DNA of 64,000 nt, counting the filler, from Conidiobolus incongruus B7586 (lineage: Eukaryota), in the NCBI GenBank assembly GCA_000697335.1. It is 44 parts of 44 records of this genome, joined end to end, with 100 filler letters (N's around TTAATTAATTAA, not from the genome) between each part and the next. Parts side by side here need not be neighbours in the genome. Positions count along the whole stretch, not along the records: positions 42,095 to 43,429 come from JNEM01002453.1; positions 43,530 to 44,863 come from JNEM01002454.1; positions 44,964 to 46,297 come from JNEM01002455.1; positions 46,398 to 47,708 come from JNEM01002456.1; positions 47,809 to 49,113 come from JNEM01002457.1; positions 49,214 to 50,512 come from JNEM01002458.1; positions 50,613 to 51,909 come from JNEM01002459.1; positions 52,010 to 53,305 come from JNEM01002460.1; 36 more parts are not named here. One strand, written 5' to 3'. The notes beneath the pieces were generated by a model. The model made no database searches, was not told where the DNA came from, and worked only from the letters and a program-made list of their open reading frames with translations. The position numbers and the translations under genes were made by a program. This document shows positions 42,246 through 56,151 of this stretch, piece after piece. The number at the start of each line of letters is the position of its first letter. Within the stretch, counting starts at the first letter, position 1.

Positions 42246-43429
42246 TATTACAGATTAATAACAATTTTTAATATTCTTATAAATCAAAATATAGCTCATT
42301 TCCTTATAAATAGCTAAATAATATACCCTTTTATAAGGTGGTGGATTTTAGTGTAGTTAGTTTATTAATAAACTTTTCTTTGGTTTTAGCTTTTTATATA
42401 CTTTAACTTTATTAATTTAATTTATCAAATCTAATAGCCATATAGTATATAATAATAGTGAGATTATTATATTTTTAATATTAATTTAATTTAAATATTT
42501 TTATTAATTTTATAACTTATTAGTTCTTATTTTATCTTTCTGTTTTTCCTTTATTTTTTATTTTTATCTGTCTTTTTTTTACTTATTATACCTTTGTTTA
42601 ACTTTACTAATACTATTACTTGTGGTTATAACTCTCTTAGAAATATTTATTGATATTTAAGATATAACCACTTAATAACTTTAATTTATCTTACTTAAGA
42701 ATTTAATTAACAAAGATGGTAATTTAAACAAACTTTTCTTTAGATTAAATTACTTGGATTAAGCTTATATATTTTAAGAGTTAGTGAACTAATATTATCC
42801 TTCTCTTACTCTTTAAAGATTAATTGATTTAAATTATAGTGAAATTTTTATTCAAAAGGTTTTTTATAAAAATTTAAAATAGTTTAATGATGAATAGACT
42901 TTATTTAATTTTAATATATATAAATTATCATTTTAAGACTATTTCTAATATTATTAATTTAATAAAGATAATAAGGTAAATATTACTATCTTTTATTTAA
43001 TTAATATTATAAGAAATTAGTAAGATAAATATAATTAAAATGACTTTAGATTATCCCCTAGTGAATGACTTATTGAATGTATTATCTTTTTTAATATATT
43101 AATTTTTTAGTTAAGATTTTTTTATTCTAATCATTAATATTCTTAAAAACCTTTAATATTTATTTATATTAAATAGTCTAGTTTTGTTAATAATTTTATT
43201 AATGCTTTAGGATATGTTAAGATTTAGTTATTGTTTATTTTAAAATATTAACATAATATTATTTTCTTATAATAACTTAAACTATATATTATTAGTTTGT
43301 TAATATCTTAAAATAATATCAGACTTAATAAATTTAAATATATATATATTAAGATATTATTGATTAAAAACACTATATATCTTAATTAATATTTAAACTA
43401 GATTCTAGATAATTATATATATAGTTTGA
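42246..43429 (-). mobile_element. 3' end of a chromoviral Gypsy element (integrase tail, chromodomain, PPT, ~800-bp LTR)
   Basis: The minus strand reads KIYSVFNQ*YL (IHPVFH), HILKH and LDYLI*INIKGF*EY**LE*KNL. These are followed by AGGGGA and a non-coding tract ending CTGTAATA at the Tc1 junction. Confidence 0.6.
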
Positions 43430-43529
43430 NNNNNNNNNNNNNNNNNNNNNNNNNNNNNNNNNNNNNNNNNNNNTTAATTAATTAANNNNNNNNNNNNNNN
43501 NNNNNNNNNNNNNNNNNNNNNNNNNNNNN

Positions 43530-44663
43530 AAATTAATTTTTAAAAATTAGTTATTTTATTTAATTATTTTTAAACCAAATAATAATCATCAAAAGTCTAT
43601 TATTTTAGTATTAGTAACACTTAACTATAAGCTTTTTAAAATAATTTAAAATTTACAAGCAACTTTTAATAATAAAATATTATTTAAATCAACAATTTAT
43701 TGCTAGGTAAATCACTATATAACTAAGAAAGAAATTATTTAAAACCTGTTAAAATCTAAATAACTAACTTTAACTGTTATTTTTTCAATTATTAATAGAG
43801 TGAAAAAATATATTAAAAAGCACCTTTTTATTTTACTTACAGAATTATCTAAGTATTTTAATATTAGTTTTATATATATTTAATATATTAAAGCTTAAAC
43901 TCAAATTAATAAATAAAAATATAAAATAGGTATCTTATAATTTAACTAAAATTTAAAAAAAAGGCTAGAATAGTTATTATTAATTAAAACTTACTAAAAT
44001 ATTACTAGAAGCCTAAACTTTTACAAATAAATAATTACAATTATTGAATCTTATATCCTTATATATAATCCTTTATTAAAATATAAATCAAGATGCTAGA
44101 TTAAGTTAAATCAACCCTCTCCATAAATCCTTTTAAATAAGAATTTTATTAATAAGCAAATATTAATTATTATAATAAATTATAATAGTATATACTATTT
44201 TTATTTAGTTTTTGAAGGAAAATCAATTATTAGTAAACTTTATATTATTTTTTTAAATCAAAGTATTTTTATTTGGTGTTTTCAATATAATTTGAGAAAA
44301 TCTATAATTTTGCATAATAATTACAAAATATATAAATTTAAAGCTATAAAAAACTTTTTAATTAAAAATAATTGAAAAAACTACCATATTTAATATATTC
44401 TTTAGACTATAATCTATATGATTATAATTGCTTTAGATAATTAAAAAACTAGCTTATAAGAAAGAAAATTTTTACAAAATAATTTAATTAGTTTGTAAAA
44501 CATCAAATTTCAGTCTTTAATAAAAAGAACCATTTTTTAAATATTAGAAGTTTATTAAAAATATAGCAAAAAGCTATTAATAATAAAGGAAACTATTAAA
44601 TTAATATTATATATTTATTGATTTTTAATTACTAAAATTCCCATTATTAAAAATATAAAGTAA
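43530..44663 (+). mobile_element. Degenerate mariner A1
   Basis: Colinear; right TIR ...CCCATTATTAAAAATATAAAGTAA|TA. Confidence 0.9.
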
Positions 44664-44708
44664 TATAAATGATTTTTTATTTTATGACTTATTTTTATGT
44701 TTAATATA

Positions 44709-44863
44709 TACAATTATAGTTGCTTTAGGTATTTAATATATTTATAGGGAAAAAATTTATATAAATATATTAAATTAGTTTATAAACTATTATATTTTAG
44801 TTAATATTAAAAAGAATTGCTTTATAGATATTAAAAGCTTATTAAGAATATAATAAAAATTAT
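44709..44863 (+). mobile_element. Older mariner 3' fragment
   Basis: Aligns to the YDYNCF...WQK region of family A. Confidence 0.65.
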
Positions 44864-45285
44864 NNNNNNNNNNNNNNNNNNNNNNNNNNNNNNNNNNNNN
44901 NNNNNNNTTAATTAATTAANNNNNNNNNNNNNNNNNNNNNNNNNNNNNNNNNNNNNNNNNNNNAAAATCTTAATTTTAATATTATTATATATTTAAAAAA
45001 TGTATATATATATTATAATTCCAATCATATTTTTAAAATTTATAATAATTTTCCAATTTATTTCGAAATATAAAATTAATTAATTATATAAATCAATTAA
45101 TAAGAAGATTTATATTTATTTTATAATTTAGTTAAAATTCATTAATTATAGGTTTGATTTATATAATAAATAATATAGTGTATTAAGGAAATTATATAGG
45201 AATCTTAAATATTAATTCAAATATCTTAGTATATTATATTAATTAATCAAGCTAATAAATATATTTATAAAGAAATCTATTCAAA

Positions 45286-46220
45286 TATCAAGCCCTTTTA
45301 ATAATACTTTTTTATTTAGCTCAGGTAATATATTATAATGTTTATCTATATTATTAGCAAGATATACTATATGTAAGCATTAATGCTTTATAAGTAAATT
45401 ACAGGTTTAGTCCAATAATAAATCCAAATAATCTGTTAGTTATTATTATCATATAAAATATAATCCAAGATAAAATATAAAGGAATATATTTCAAAATAA
45501 AATAATATTCAACTCTTTTTCTAACTTGGGTGGAGGTGATAAAAGCTAGCTCCATATTATTCAATTAGTTTTGATTTTATTATTAATAAATTATTAATTT
45601 AGTAATTATATCAGATATTTTACTTAAAGATATTTCTTTGAACAAAAAGACTATTTAAAATATTGCTGATATTGATTATAATTGTTAAAAGACTAGTTCT
45701 CTAAATTCTTATATATATCTTTATATAATTTAATTAACTTTAAATAATATGATTAATTTATACTTTTATAGCTAAATTAATTATATAAATAATATTAAAT
45801 TATTTAATAAACTAGGTTTTTTTTTCCTCTCAATTTTTATTATTTCTTACCCTTTCATTATTTTTAGAATTAAGACTACCTTTTGTTAATATTATAATAT
45901 ATTAGCACTACCTAATATAAATCCTAATATATTAGTGATTTATCCTAATTTAAAGCTTAATTAAACTTTGTTTACATTTACATACTATAGCTACATTATA
46001 GTACTATATTCTATATCACACTACTATTATATTAAAGTTTTTTTTTGTATTATATTGGTATTTTACTATTATACTTATAATAATAATAGTTAAGTCTTCA
46101 CAAAAACTTATTTGTTTTATTAAGATAAAGTGTTATTGGTTAGTGAAAATAAAAAATAAATTATTAATATATAGTTAATTATCTAATTAGGAAAAAATAA
46201 CCTAATTACCTTAATTAATA
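45286..46220. mobile_element. LTR family D, third copy, interrupted by LTR E and cut off by a Tc1 end
   Basis: Aligns with 26838-27375 once 45683-46084 is removed. Confidence 0.78.
45683..46079. mobile_element. Solo LTR family E, 397 bp
   Basis: Starts TGTTAA and ends CTTATA, with a 5-bp TSD ATAAT. The empty site is visible at ~27230 and a homologue lies at 58165-58551. Confidence 0.82.
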
Positions 46221-46397
46221 CACTAACTTGTAAAAGTAAGTTATAAAATCAAAAATATATATATATTAATTAATAACTAAAACAATTGTATATATTANNN
46301 NNNNNNNNNNNNNNNNNNNNNNNNNNNNNNNNNNNNNNNNNTTAATTAATTAANNNNNNNNNNNNNNNNNNNNNNNNNNNNNNNNNNNNNNNNNNNN

Positions 46398-47708
46398 AAT
46401 TAAAGTCTATTATATTATTTAATAATATATATTATTAAATAATAATATTTAGCTATTAATTGGTTAAAATATAAACCTTGATATTCTACCTAAGATAAGT
46501 TATAAATTTATAGGTTTTTGGTGATAAATAAAATTAAAACTTAATATATCTACCTTTAGCTTTTCTAACTTCTTTAAGTTTTTAAGGTATAGAATCAATT
46601 AATTTCTTATATTAAAAAGGTTTAATCTTGTTCTATACTTCTTAAATATATTCCCAAAGCTGATTTAAATCTTTTGTTAGGGGGAAAGCTTTAATAACTT
46701 TTTTTAACTAATCTTAAAAATATTTAATTAGGTTAAGGTTAAGAAATTAAAAAGACTACTTTATAACTATTATCTTGTTATTTTTAAGCTATTTAGTAAT
46801 AAAAGTTATAATATAGTAAAAGGTATTATCTTATTAGAAAATAACATCAGATTTATTTAACTTATATAATTAATAGTTTTTTTCAATTTATTATTTAAAA
46901 TAATTTAATAAATTTCAATATTAATTCCCTTATTAAATTTATAAAAATACTTTATACCTAAAGTTAACATATATCCCTAAATAATAATTAACTTATCATT
47001 ATATTTTTAGGTAAAATTAACATAAAGGTTACAAAATAATTCTATATCTTTTCTAAAATATCTAGCTTTTTTATTCAATTTATTAAGATATATTTTTATT
47101 TTATTAAAGTAAATAACCTTATTTTAATTAATTTCAATTCAATATTAGTGATAATATTTAAACTCCCATTTAACTTTATAATGGGATTTTTTTTAATTAG
47201 GGGTGTTTTTTCTTAAGATATAAGTGATATCCATATTAATATAAAATACATATAATAGTATTAATATTAACTAATATTCCTACATAATTTTATAGTTCTT
47301 GTTGTATTTTTACAGCAATATTATATATATTTATATTAATTAACCTATAGATATACTTCTTATTATATTCATTTATAATCCTAATATATTGAAGTTTAAG
47401 TTTAAATATGTTTTTATTGTTATTCTTAATAATTTTACCTATAGTAAACTAGCTAACACTAGTAATTCTAGTAATATTATAAGTTGTTTTATTTTTTTAT
47501 AAAGTTGATTAATATATAAATAGATTTTTTTAAGAGAGATTTAAGTATAGTAATACTAATAAAAGAAATTTAATATATTTGTAAAATATTATATAAAATA
47601 ATAGTAAAGAGAGAAAAAAGATATAGATATATAATATTAAATATATCCCCTTATCTCAAACACCTGTAAATCTATAACTCACCTTAATTAAATATTAAGG
47701 GTTAATAT
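46398..47708 (-). mobile_element. Degenerate Tc1 family B
   Basis: Colinear with B. Confidence 0.9.
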
Positions 47709-47902
47709 NNNNNNNNNNNNNNNNNNNNNNNNNNNNNNNNNNNNNNNNNNNNTTAATTAATTAANNNNNNNNNNNNNNNNNNNNNNNNNNNNNNNNNNNN
47801 NNNNNNNNAATTAATAAAATATATATAAATTTTATCATTAATAACTTTTTAATTTTTAAATCTTTAAATTTATAGCTTAGCTAAATTTTAAGCTTTAATA
47901 TA

Positions 47903-49073
47903 TTGCTTTATAATTTAAATAATGGGAATTTTTTGTGATTAAAAAAAATATTTTAATATATAAAAAATAAAAATAAAAATATAATATTAAATTAATAATT
48001 TCTTTTATTTCTAATAACTTTTTGTTATATTTTAAACAAAGATCTAATACTTAAAAAACAGTTCTTTTTATTAAAGACTAAAATTTTGATATTTCATAAA
48101 TTAATTAAATTTTCCTATAGAAATTTTCTTTCCAGCAAGCTAGTTTTTTAATTACCTAAAGCAATTATAATCACATGGGTTATAATCTAAAAAATATACT
48201 AAATATGGTAGTTTTTTTTTGTTATTTTTAATTAGAAAGTTTTTTATAACTTTAGATTTATATATTTTGCTATTATTATGCAAATTAATAGGTTTTCTCA
48301 AATTATATTAAGAATACCAATTAGAAATAGTTTTATTTAAAAAAAATATAAAGTTTATTATTAATTGATTTTCCTTTAGGAATTAAATAAAAATAGCATA
48401 TACCATTATAATCTATTATAACAATTAAAAATTATTGATTAATAGAGTGTTAATTTAAAAGAATTTATAAAAAGGGTTGATTTGGCTTAATCCAACACCT
48501 TGATTTATATTCTGGCAAAGGATTATACAAAAGAATTTAAGATTCATCAATTGTAATAATTTGCTATAAAAGCTTTGGTTTCTGGTAATACCTTAGCAAG
48601 TTTTATTTAATAATAGCTATTTTAATTTTTTTAAGCTTTAGTTAAATTTAAGATACCCATTTTGTATTCTTATTTATTAATTTTAATTTAAATTTTAATA
48701 TATATAATATACTAATATGACTAATAATAAAATATCTTGATAATTCTTTAACTAAAATAAAAGGGTGCTTTTGATTATAATTTTTCACTTTATTAATAAT
48801 TAAAAGAGTAATAGTTGAAATTTGTCTTCTAGATTTTGATAGGTTTTGGATAATTTTTCTCCCAACTTTAAAACAATTTACTTAGTGATAAATTATTGAT
48901 TTAGATAATACTTCATTATCAAAAGTTGGTTGTAAATTTTGAATGATTTTAGAGGGTTTGTGGTTAAGTTTTATTAATACTAAAGTAAAAGACTTTTGAT
49001 GGTTATTATTTAAATTAAATATAATTAAATTAAATAACTAATTTTGAAAAATTAATTTTTTAATCAAATAAAT

Positions 49074-49109
<36 letters not shown>

Positions 49110-49113
49110 CAAA
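47903..49113 (-). mobile_element. Degenerate mariner A1 (relatively well preserved)
   Basis: Right TIR TA|TTGCTTTATAATTTAAATAATGGGAATT; retains KWV, TIDES, RCWIKPNQP and NPCDY. Confidence 0.92.
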
Positions 49114-50612
49114 NNNNNNNNNNNNNNNNNNNNNNNNNNNNNNNNNNNNNNNNNNNNTTAATTAATTAANNNNNNNNNNNNNNNNNNNNNNNNNNNNNNN
49201 NNNNNNNNNNNNNAATTTAATATTTATATAGTCTGGCTTTTAATATTAATAAAAATATAAATAATTTTTATAATTCAAGATATTATTGATAATTATTTGA
49301 TAAAATCTAATAAATATTTATTAATTTGCAAAAATTAATTATAAAATTAAAATTATTTATTATTTTAAAAATAACTTAAAAGATTTTGATTTAAATATAT
49401 ATATATAATATAATATTCAATAGAATTTATTAATTTATAATAAAATATATTTAATCAAATTTAATTAAATATCAATTAATATTTTAAATCTTAAAATTTA
49501 ATAAAAATATATTTTTATTTTGCAAGTTTTGGTTTTAATAGAAAAAATATATTAAAATATTTAATTGTAGGTTTTTTTGCTTTCTTAAATATATAAGGTA
49601 TAAAGTTATTTAGCTTTTTATATCAGCCAAATTAACCTCATTTTAGCATAATTAATATAGTTTATAGCTGATGTAATTTTGTTAATAAAAATAAACCTTG
49701 ATTTGTTTTTTATTTGATTAATTTTAAAAAATTTTATAAGAATAAATTAGAAAATTAAAAAAAACTATATTTTAGATATTATTTTATTGTTTATAAATGA
49801 TTTGCTAATTAAAATTATAATATAACAAAAGATATTATTTATTACAAAATAATATTTAATAGACTTGATATATATAGATATAAATGATAAAAAATAATAG
49901 TAATAAAAAATAGACTTGTATTCAAGGGAAAATAATAAAAAAAAGGAAAATTTGAAATAATATAACAAGTAACTATAGTCCCGAATGGAAATAATATAAC
50001 TTTGATTTATGATTAAGATGGTTCAAACTAGTAAATAATATCAAATGATGGTAGTAAATGATAGAAATAGCCTTGTAATTAAAGTACTAAATAGTGATTA
50101 AACAAATAATCAAGAATATAGTTAATTATAAGATAAAGTTAAAAGAACAAGAAAAGGACAGTATATATTAAGTAAATTTAATATAATCTTTATTATTTCT
50201 AATATAAAATGGCACGTAGGTCCATATAGCATCATATGGAATAAATTAATCTTTAATTTGAATAATAAACGTTAATATAATTAAATATATCAAGAACTTT
50301 AAAATTTTATCTTTTAACAATATATTAATCAATATTTAATTTTAATTTATAATTTATTTAAAATTAGGAAATTTTTAATTGTAATTTTTTTATTATATAT
50401 TTTATATTTCATATAATATAAAAAATAGAAAATAGATAGAAAATATGTAATTATAAGCTATATATATATTTATTTTATTATTTATTATAAAATTGTCTAT
50501 TTAAAATTATTANNNNNNNNNNNNNNNNNNNNNNNNNNNNNNNNNNNNNNNNNNNNTTAATTAATTAANNNNNNNNNNNNNNNNNNNNNNNNNNNNNNNN
50601 NNNNNNNNNNNN

Positions 50613-51909
50613 TAATCAATTCTAATTTAAATAAACTTATATTAAACTATGTAATTAAAATATATTTTTTATTTATAGTATAATTTATAAAGTTAAATTT
50701 AATTAATTATTAATTTATATATTCAAACTAAAATATATCTAAGTTAGGTAATTAATTTGCAAGTTTTAATATTAATAAAAAAATTTATACCTAATATATC
50801 TAACTCTGGCTTTTCTAACTTTTTTAAGTCTGTAGGTATAGAGTCAACTAGCTTCTTATATCATAAAAGACTATTATTCTATATTTCTTAAATTTTCTCT
50901 TAAAGTTCATTTAAATTATTTGTTAAAAGGAATAGTTTAATTGATTTTTTTAATAGGTCCTTATGATATTTAATTAGGATAAAATTTAAAGATTGAGGAG
51001 GCTATTTTATAATATTTATTTTGTTATTTTTAAGCCATTTAATAGTAAAATTTATAATATAGCAAGAGTATTATCTTTTTGGAAAATAATATTTGATTTA
51101 TTAAACTTATATAATTTAATATTATTTTAATTCATTATTTAGAATATTTTAGTATATCTTAATATTAATTCCCTTATTAATCTTAAAAAAATTTATTATA
51201 TCTAAAGATAACATATATCCTTAAATTATAATTAACCTATTATTATATTTTGGGGTTATAATAATATGATGGTTATAAAGTAATCTTTATTATTATTTAA
51301 ATATTTAGCTTCTTTATTAAATCCATTAAAACATAATTTTGTTTTATTGGATTAAATAACCTTATTTTAGTTAATTTCAATTTAACTTTAATATTGTTAT
51401 TTAAACTCTTGCCTATCTTTATAATGGGATTTTTTTAGTTAATAGTGTTTTTTCTTAAAGTATAAATAATATCTATTTTAATATAAAACATTTATAATAT
51501 TATTAGTATTATTTAAATTTTTATATTAACTTATAATTCTTATTATATTTCTATAATAATACTATACTTACCTATACTAATTAATCTACAAATATATTTT
51601 CATCATGTTTATCTATAATCTTAATACACTTAAGTTTTAATTTAGATGTTTTTTTAACATTATTTTTAAAAAACCTAGCTATAATAAATTAGCTTATGTT
51701 AATAATTCTAATAATCTCATAAGTTGAATTATTTTTATTAAAAAATTAATAAATATATAAGTATATTTTTCAGACTGAGATTTATGTATTATAGTATTAA
51801 TTTTAAAATATTAATTTATTAGTTTAATAATATATATAAAATAATAAAAGAAAAAGAGAATATATATAAATTTTGTTATTTATATGCTTTTAACTTATAA
51901 ACTCATAAA
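50613..51909 (-). mobile_element. Degenerate Tc1 family B
   Basis: Colinear with B. Confidence 0.88.
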
Positions 51910-52037
51910 NNNNNNNNNNNNNNNNNNNNNNNNNNNNNNNNNNNNNNNNNNNNTTAATTAATTAANNNNNNNNNNNNNNNNNNNNNNNNNNNNNNNNNNN
52001 NNNNNNNNNAAAATATAATTATTTATTAAATTAAATA

Positions 52038-53305
52038 TTATTTTAAAATTTAAATTATGGGATTTTTTTGCAATTGAAAAAAATAATAATTTCAATACAT
52101 AAAATAAAATTAATAATTTCCTTTATTTCTAATAACTTTTTGCTTTATTTTTAGTAAAGTTTTAATATCTAAAAACAGTTCTTTTTATTAAGAACTGAAA
52201 TTTGAAATTTCAAAAATTAATTAAATTTTTTTATAAAAATATTTTTTTATATAACTTGGTTTTTTAATTACTCAAAACAATTATAATAATATAGGTTATA
52301 ATCTAAGGAATATATTAGATATAATTGTTTTTTTCAGTTATTTTTGACTAGAAAATTTTTTATAACTATAGCTTTATATATTTTATAATTATTATATAAT
52401 ATAATAGGTTTTCTCAGATTATATTAAAAATACCAATTAAAAAAATTTTATTTTAAAAAGGAATATAAAGTTTACTATTGATTGATTTTCCTTTAAAAAT
52501 TAAATAAAACCAATATATGTTATTATAATTTATAGCTATAATTAACATTCCTTTATCAATATAATATTTATTTAAAAAAATTTATAAAAAGGGTTGATTT
52601 AACTTAATCTAGCATCTTGATTTATATTTTGGTAAAGGATTATATAAAAGGATTTAAGATTCATCAATTATAATAATTTATTATAAAAGCCTTGGGTTCT
52701 AGCTATACCTTAGTAAGTTTTGTTTAATAATAGCTATTTTAGTTTTATTTAAGCTTTAGTTAAATTATAAGATACTTATTTGTACTTTATTAGTTAATTT
52801 TAATATAAATTTCAATATATATAAAATACTTATGTAATTAATATTAAAATTTATTCATAATTCTCTAGCTGAAATAAAAAGGTAATTTTTAATATATTTG
52901 TTTATTTTATTAATAATTAAAAGAATAATAGTTGAAATTAGTCTTTTAAATTTTGATAGGTTTTGGATAGTTTCTTTTATAGCCTTAAAGTAATTAATCT
53001 AGCAATAAACTATTGATTTAGATAATGCTTTATTACAAAAAGTTGCTTATAAAATTACAATAATTTTAGAGAGCTTATGGTTTAATTTTATTAATACTAA
53101 AATAATAGACTTTTAATAATCATTATTTGATATAAGCATTATTAAATTAAATACCTAAATTTTAAAAATTAATTTTTTAATCAAATAATTACTATATATA
53201 ATTGAAAAGTATATATTTTCCTATTTATTTTATATATATTTATTATTCAAAATTAATAATAATATTGAAAAATCAGAATTTAAAAAATTTCCTATTTTTT
53301 TAATT
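52038..53305 (-). mobile_element. Near full-length degenerate mariner A1
   Basis: Both TIR regions are visible; colinear body. Confidence 0.9.
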
Positions 53306-53405
53306 NNNNNNNNNNNNNNNNNNNNNNNNNNNNNNNNNNNNNNNNNNNNTTAATTAATTAANNNNNNNNNNNNNNNNNNNNNNNNNNNNNNNNNNNNNNN
53401 NNNNN

Positions 53406-54680
53406 CTATCAATAACTCTATTAATTCTTAATTAAATTAATTTAAATTAAAATATATAATAAACTTATACTATTTATTTATAGTTAAATATATTTGATTT
53501 AATTATATTAACTTTTAGTTGATATAGTAAAATTTAAAATTTACCTAAGATAAGTTATAAATTTATATATTTTAGTTATAAAAAGTAAATTAAAACTTAA
53601 TATATCTATCTTTTGCTTTTTTAACTTCCTTAAGTTTATAGGGTATAGAGCCAATTAACTTCTTATATTAAGAAAGATTAATTTTGTTCTAAGCTTCTTA
53701 AATATATTTTTAAAGCTTATTTAAATTTTTTATTTATGGGAAAGCTTTAATTATTTTTTTAACTAATCCCAAAGATATTTAATTAGATTAAAGTTAAAGG
53801 ATTAAAGAAGCTACTTTATAATTATTATTTTATTTTTATTAAACTATTTGGTAATAGAAATAATAATATAGCAAAGGGTATTATCTTATTAGAAAATAAC
53901 ATCTGATTTATTTAATCTATATTATTTAATAGTTTTTTTTAATTTATTGTTTAAAATATTTTAGTATATTTTAGTATTAATTCCCTCATTAATTTTACAA
54001 AAATACCCTATATTAAAAAATAATATATATTCTTAAACTATAATTAACCTACTATTATATTTTTGGGTTAAAATAACATAATGGTCATAAAATAATTCTT
54101 TGTTCTTTTTAAAACATCTAGCTTTTCTATTAGATTTACTAAGATATATTTTTTTTATTAAATTAAATAACCTTATTCTAATTAGTTTTGGTTTAACTTT
54201 AATAGTGATATTTAAACTCCTACCTAGCTTTATAATAAAACTTCTTTAATTAAAGGTATTTTTTCTTAAGGTGCAAGCAATATCTATTATAATATAAAGT
54301 ATATATAATAATATTAGTATTAATTAATATTCTTGTATATTTTTGTAATTTTTTTTATACTTCTATAGTAATATTATATTTACCTGTATTAACCAACCTA
54401 TAAATATATTTTTTATCATGTTTATTTATAATCCTAACACATTTAAGTTTAAATTTAAATATATCCTTATCATAGTTTTTAATAACTTTAGCTATAATAG
54501 ACTAGCTAATATTAATAATTCCAGTAATCTTATAAATTGATTTATCTTTATTATAGAGTTGATTAATATATAAGTATATCTTATTAGAGAGGGATTTAAG
54601 CATTTTAATACTAATATTTTTTAAAATAATATTTTATAATAATAATATTAATATATATATATATATATATAATTTAATAA
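53406..54680 (-). mobile_element. Degenerate Tc1 family B
   Basis: Retains the ATG (MLKSLS) and YLWD. Confidence 0.9.
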
Positions 54681-54799
54681 NNNNNNNNNNNNNNNNNNNN
54701 NNNNNNNNNNNNNNNNNNNNNNNNTTAATTAATTAANNNNNNNNNNNNNNNNNNNNNNNNNNNNNNNNNNNNNNNNNNNNATATTGATTTTTAATTCAA

Positions 54800-55227
54800 G
54801 CTATTTTTAATTAATGTTATTAATATAATTTAAAAAAACTTATTATTTTATATTATAATAATAAAATACATAAAGTTAAAATTTTTTAAAAATTTATAAT
54901 CAAAAATAACTAGATAAAACTATTATATCTAATATATTCTTTAGATTATAACTAATAAAATTATAATTATTTTAAGCAATCAAAAAACTAATTTATAAGA
55001 AAAAATAATTTCTACTGGAAAATTTAATTAGTTTATAAAATATCAAATTTAAGTTATTAATAAATAACTATTTATTAGATTTTATAATTTTATTAAAAAT
55101 ATAGCAAAAAGTTATGAAAAATAAAACATATTAAATAAAATATTATACTATTATCTATATATTTTTATATTAAAAAGTTTATTTTCTCAATTACAAAAAA
55201 ATTCATATTATTTAAATTATAAATTAA
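54800..55227 (+). mobile_element. Mariner 3' third with right TIR
   Basis: Colinear with ~10790-11223. Confidence 0.78.
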
Positions 55228-56151
55228 TAGATAAAAATGATTAATTTTGAATTTAAATCCATAATCCTTTTTTTCTATATATAATTTTATTTTTGATATT
55301 TATTAATTAATTTTAAATTTATTCTGTTAATTATTAATAAATCTAAATAATAACATTATAAGGAAATTTTTAATAACTTATATATTGATATTAAAAATCT
55401 CAATATTATCAATAGGAAAATATACTTTAATTAGTTTTATAGATTTAAAGAATTTATTATTAGGTAGTCTTAAAGTATATTATTAAAATATTTAAAAAAT
55501 AAAAGTATATCACAAAAATTATACCCTAATAATTAAAATAAAAAAATAAACACAATAAAATTAATCAAAAAACATTAATATTAAGTAAATTAACGAAGAT
55601 TATCTTGATTATTTTGCCACAAAAAAATCCAAACTAGAATAATATAAAATTAATCTGCAGATTAGCATAGGAAGATATAACGAATCCCGTTTTTAAAAGA
55701 GCATTAACAAGACCTTGGAGAATCAAGCTATCAAGACCTAAAATGATGGGAGCAGTAATACTAATAAGATTTCAATATAATTAATAATGAATTAGTTTAA
55801 ATTAATAATGCTTGGAGCAAGATATTAAAGAAAATAATTTTTATATATATTATAAAATTAATTTAATAATTTTTATTATAAAAGAATATAATTAGAAATT
55901 TATTTGTATTTTAATGAAATATAATATTTTGCTCTTTAGAAATTATTTAGTCCTATTAACATTAATAATATATTTTAAAATTTAAATTAATTTTTTTAAT
56001 ATTAATATTATAGGATTAAAAAAAATGATAGATCTTTTATTTATAATATTANNNNNNNNNNNNNNNNNNNNNNNNNNNNNNNNNNNNNNNNNNNNTTAAT
56101 TAATTAANNNNNNNNNNNNNNNNNNNNNNNNNNNNNNNNNNNNNNNNNNNN

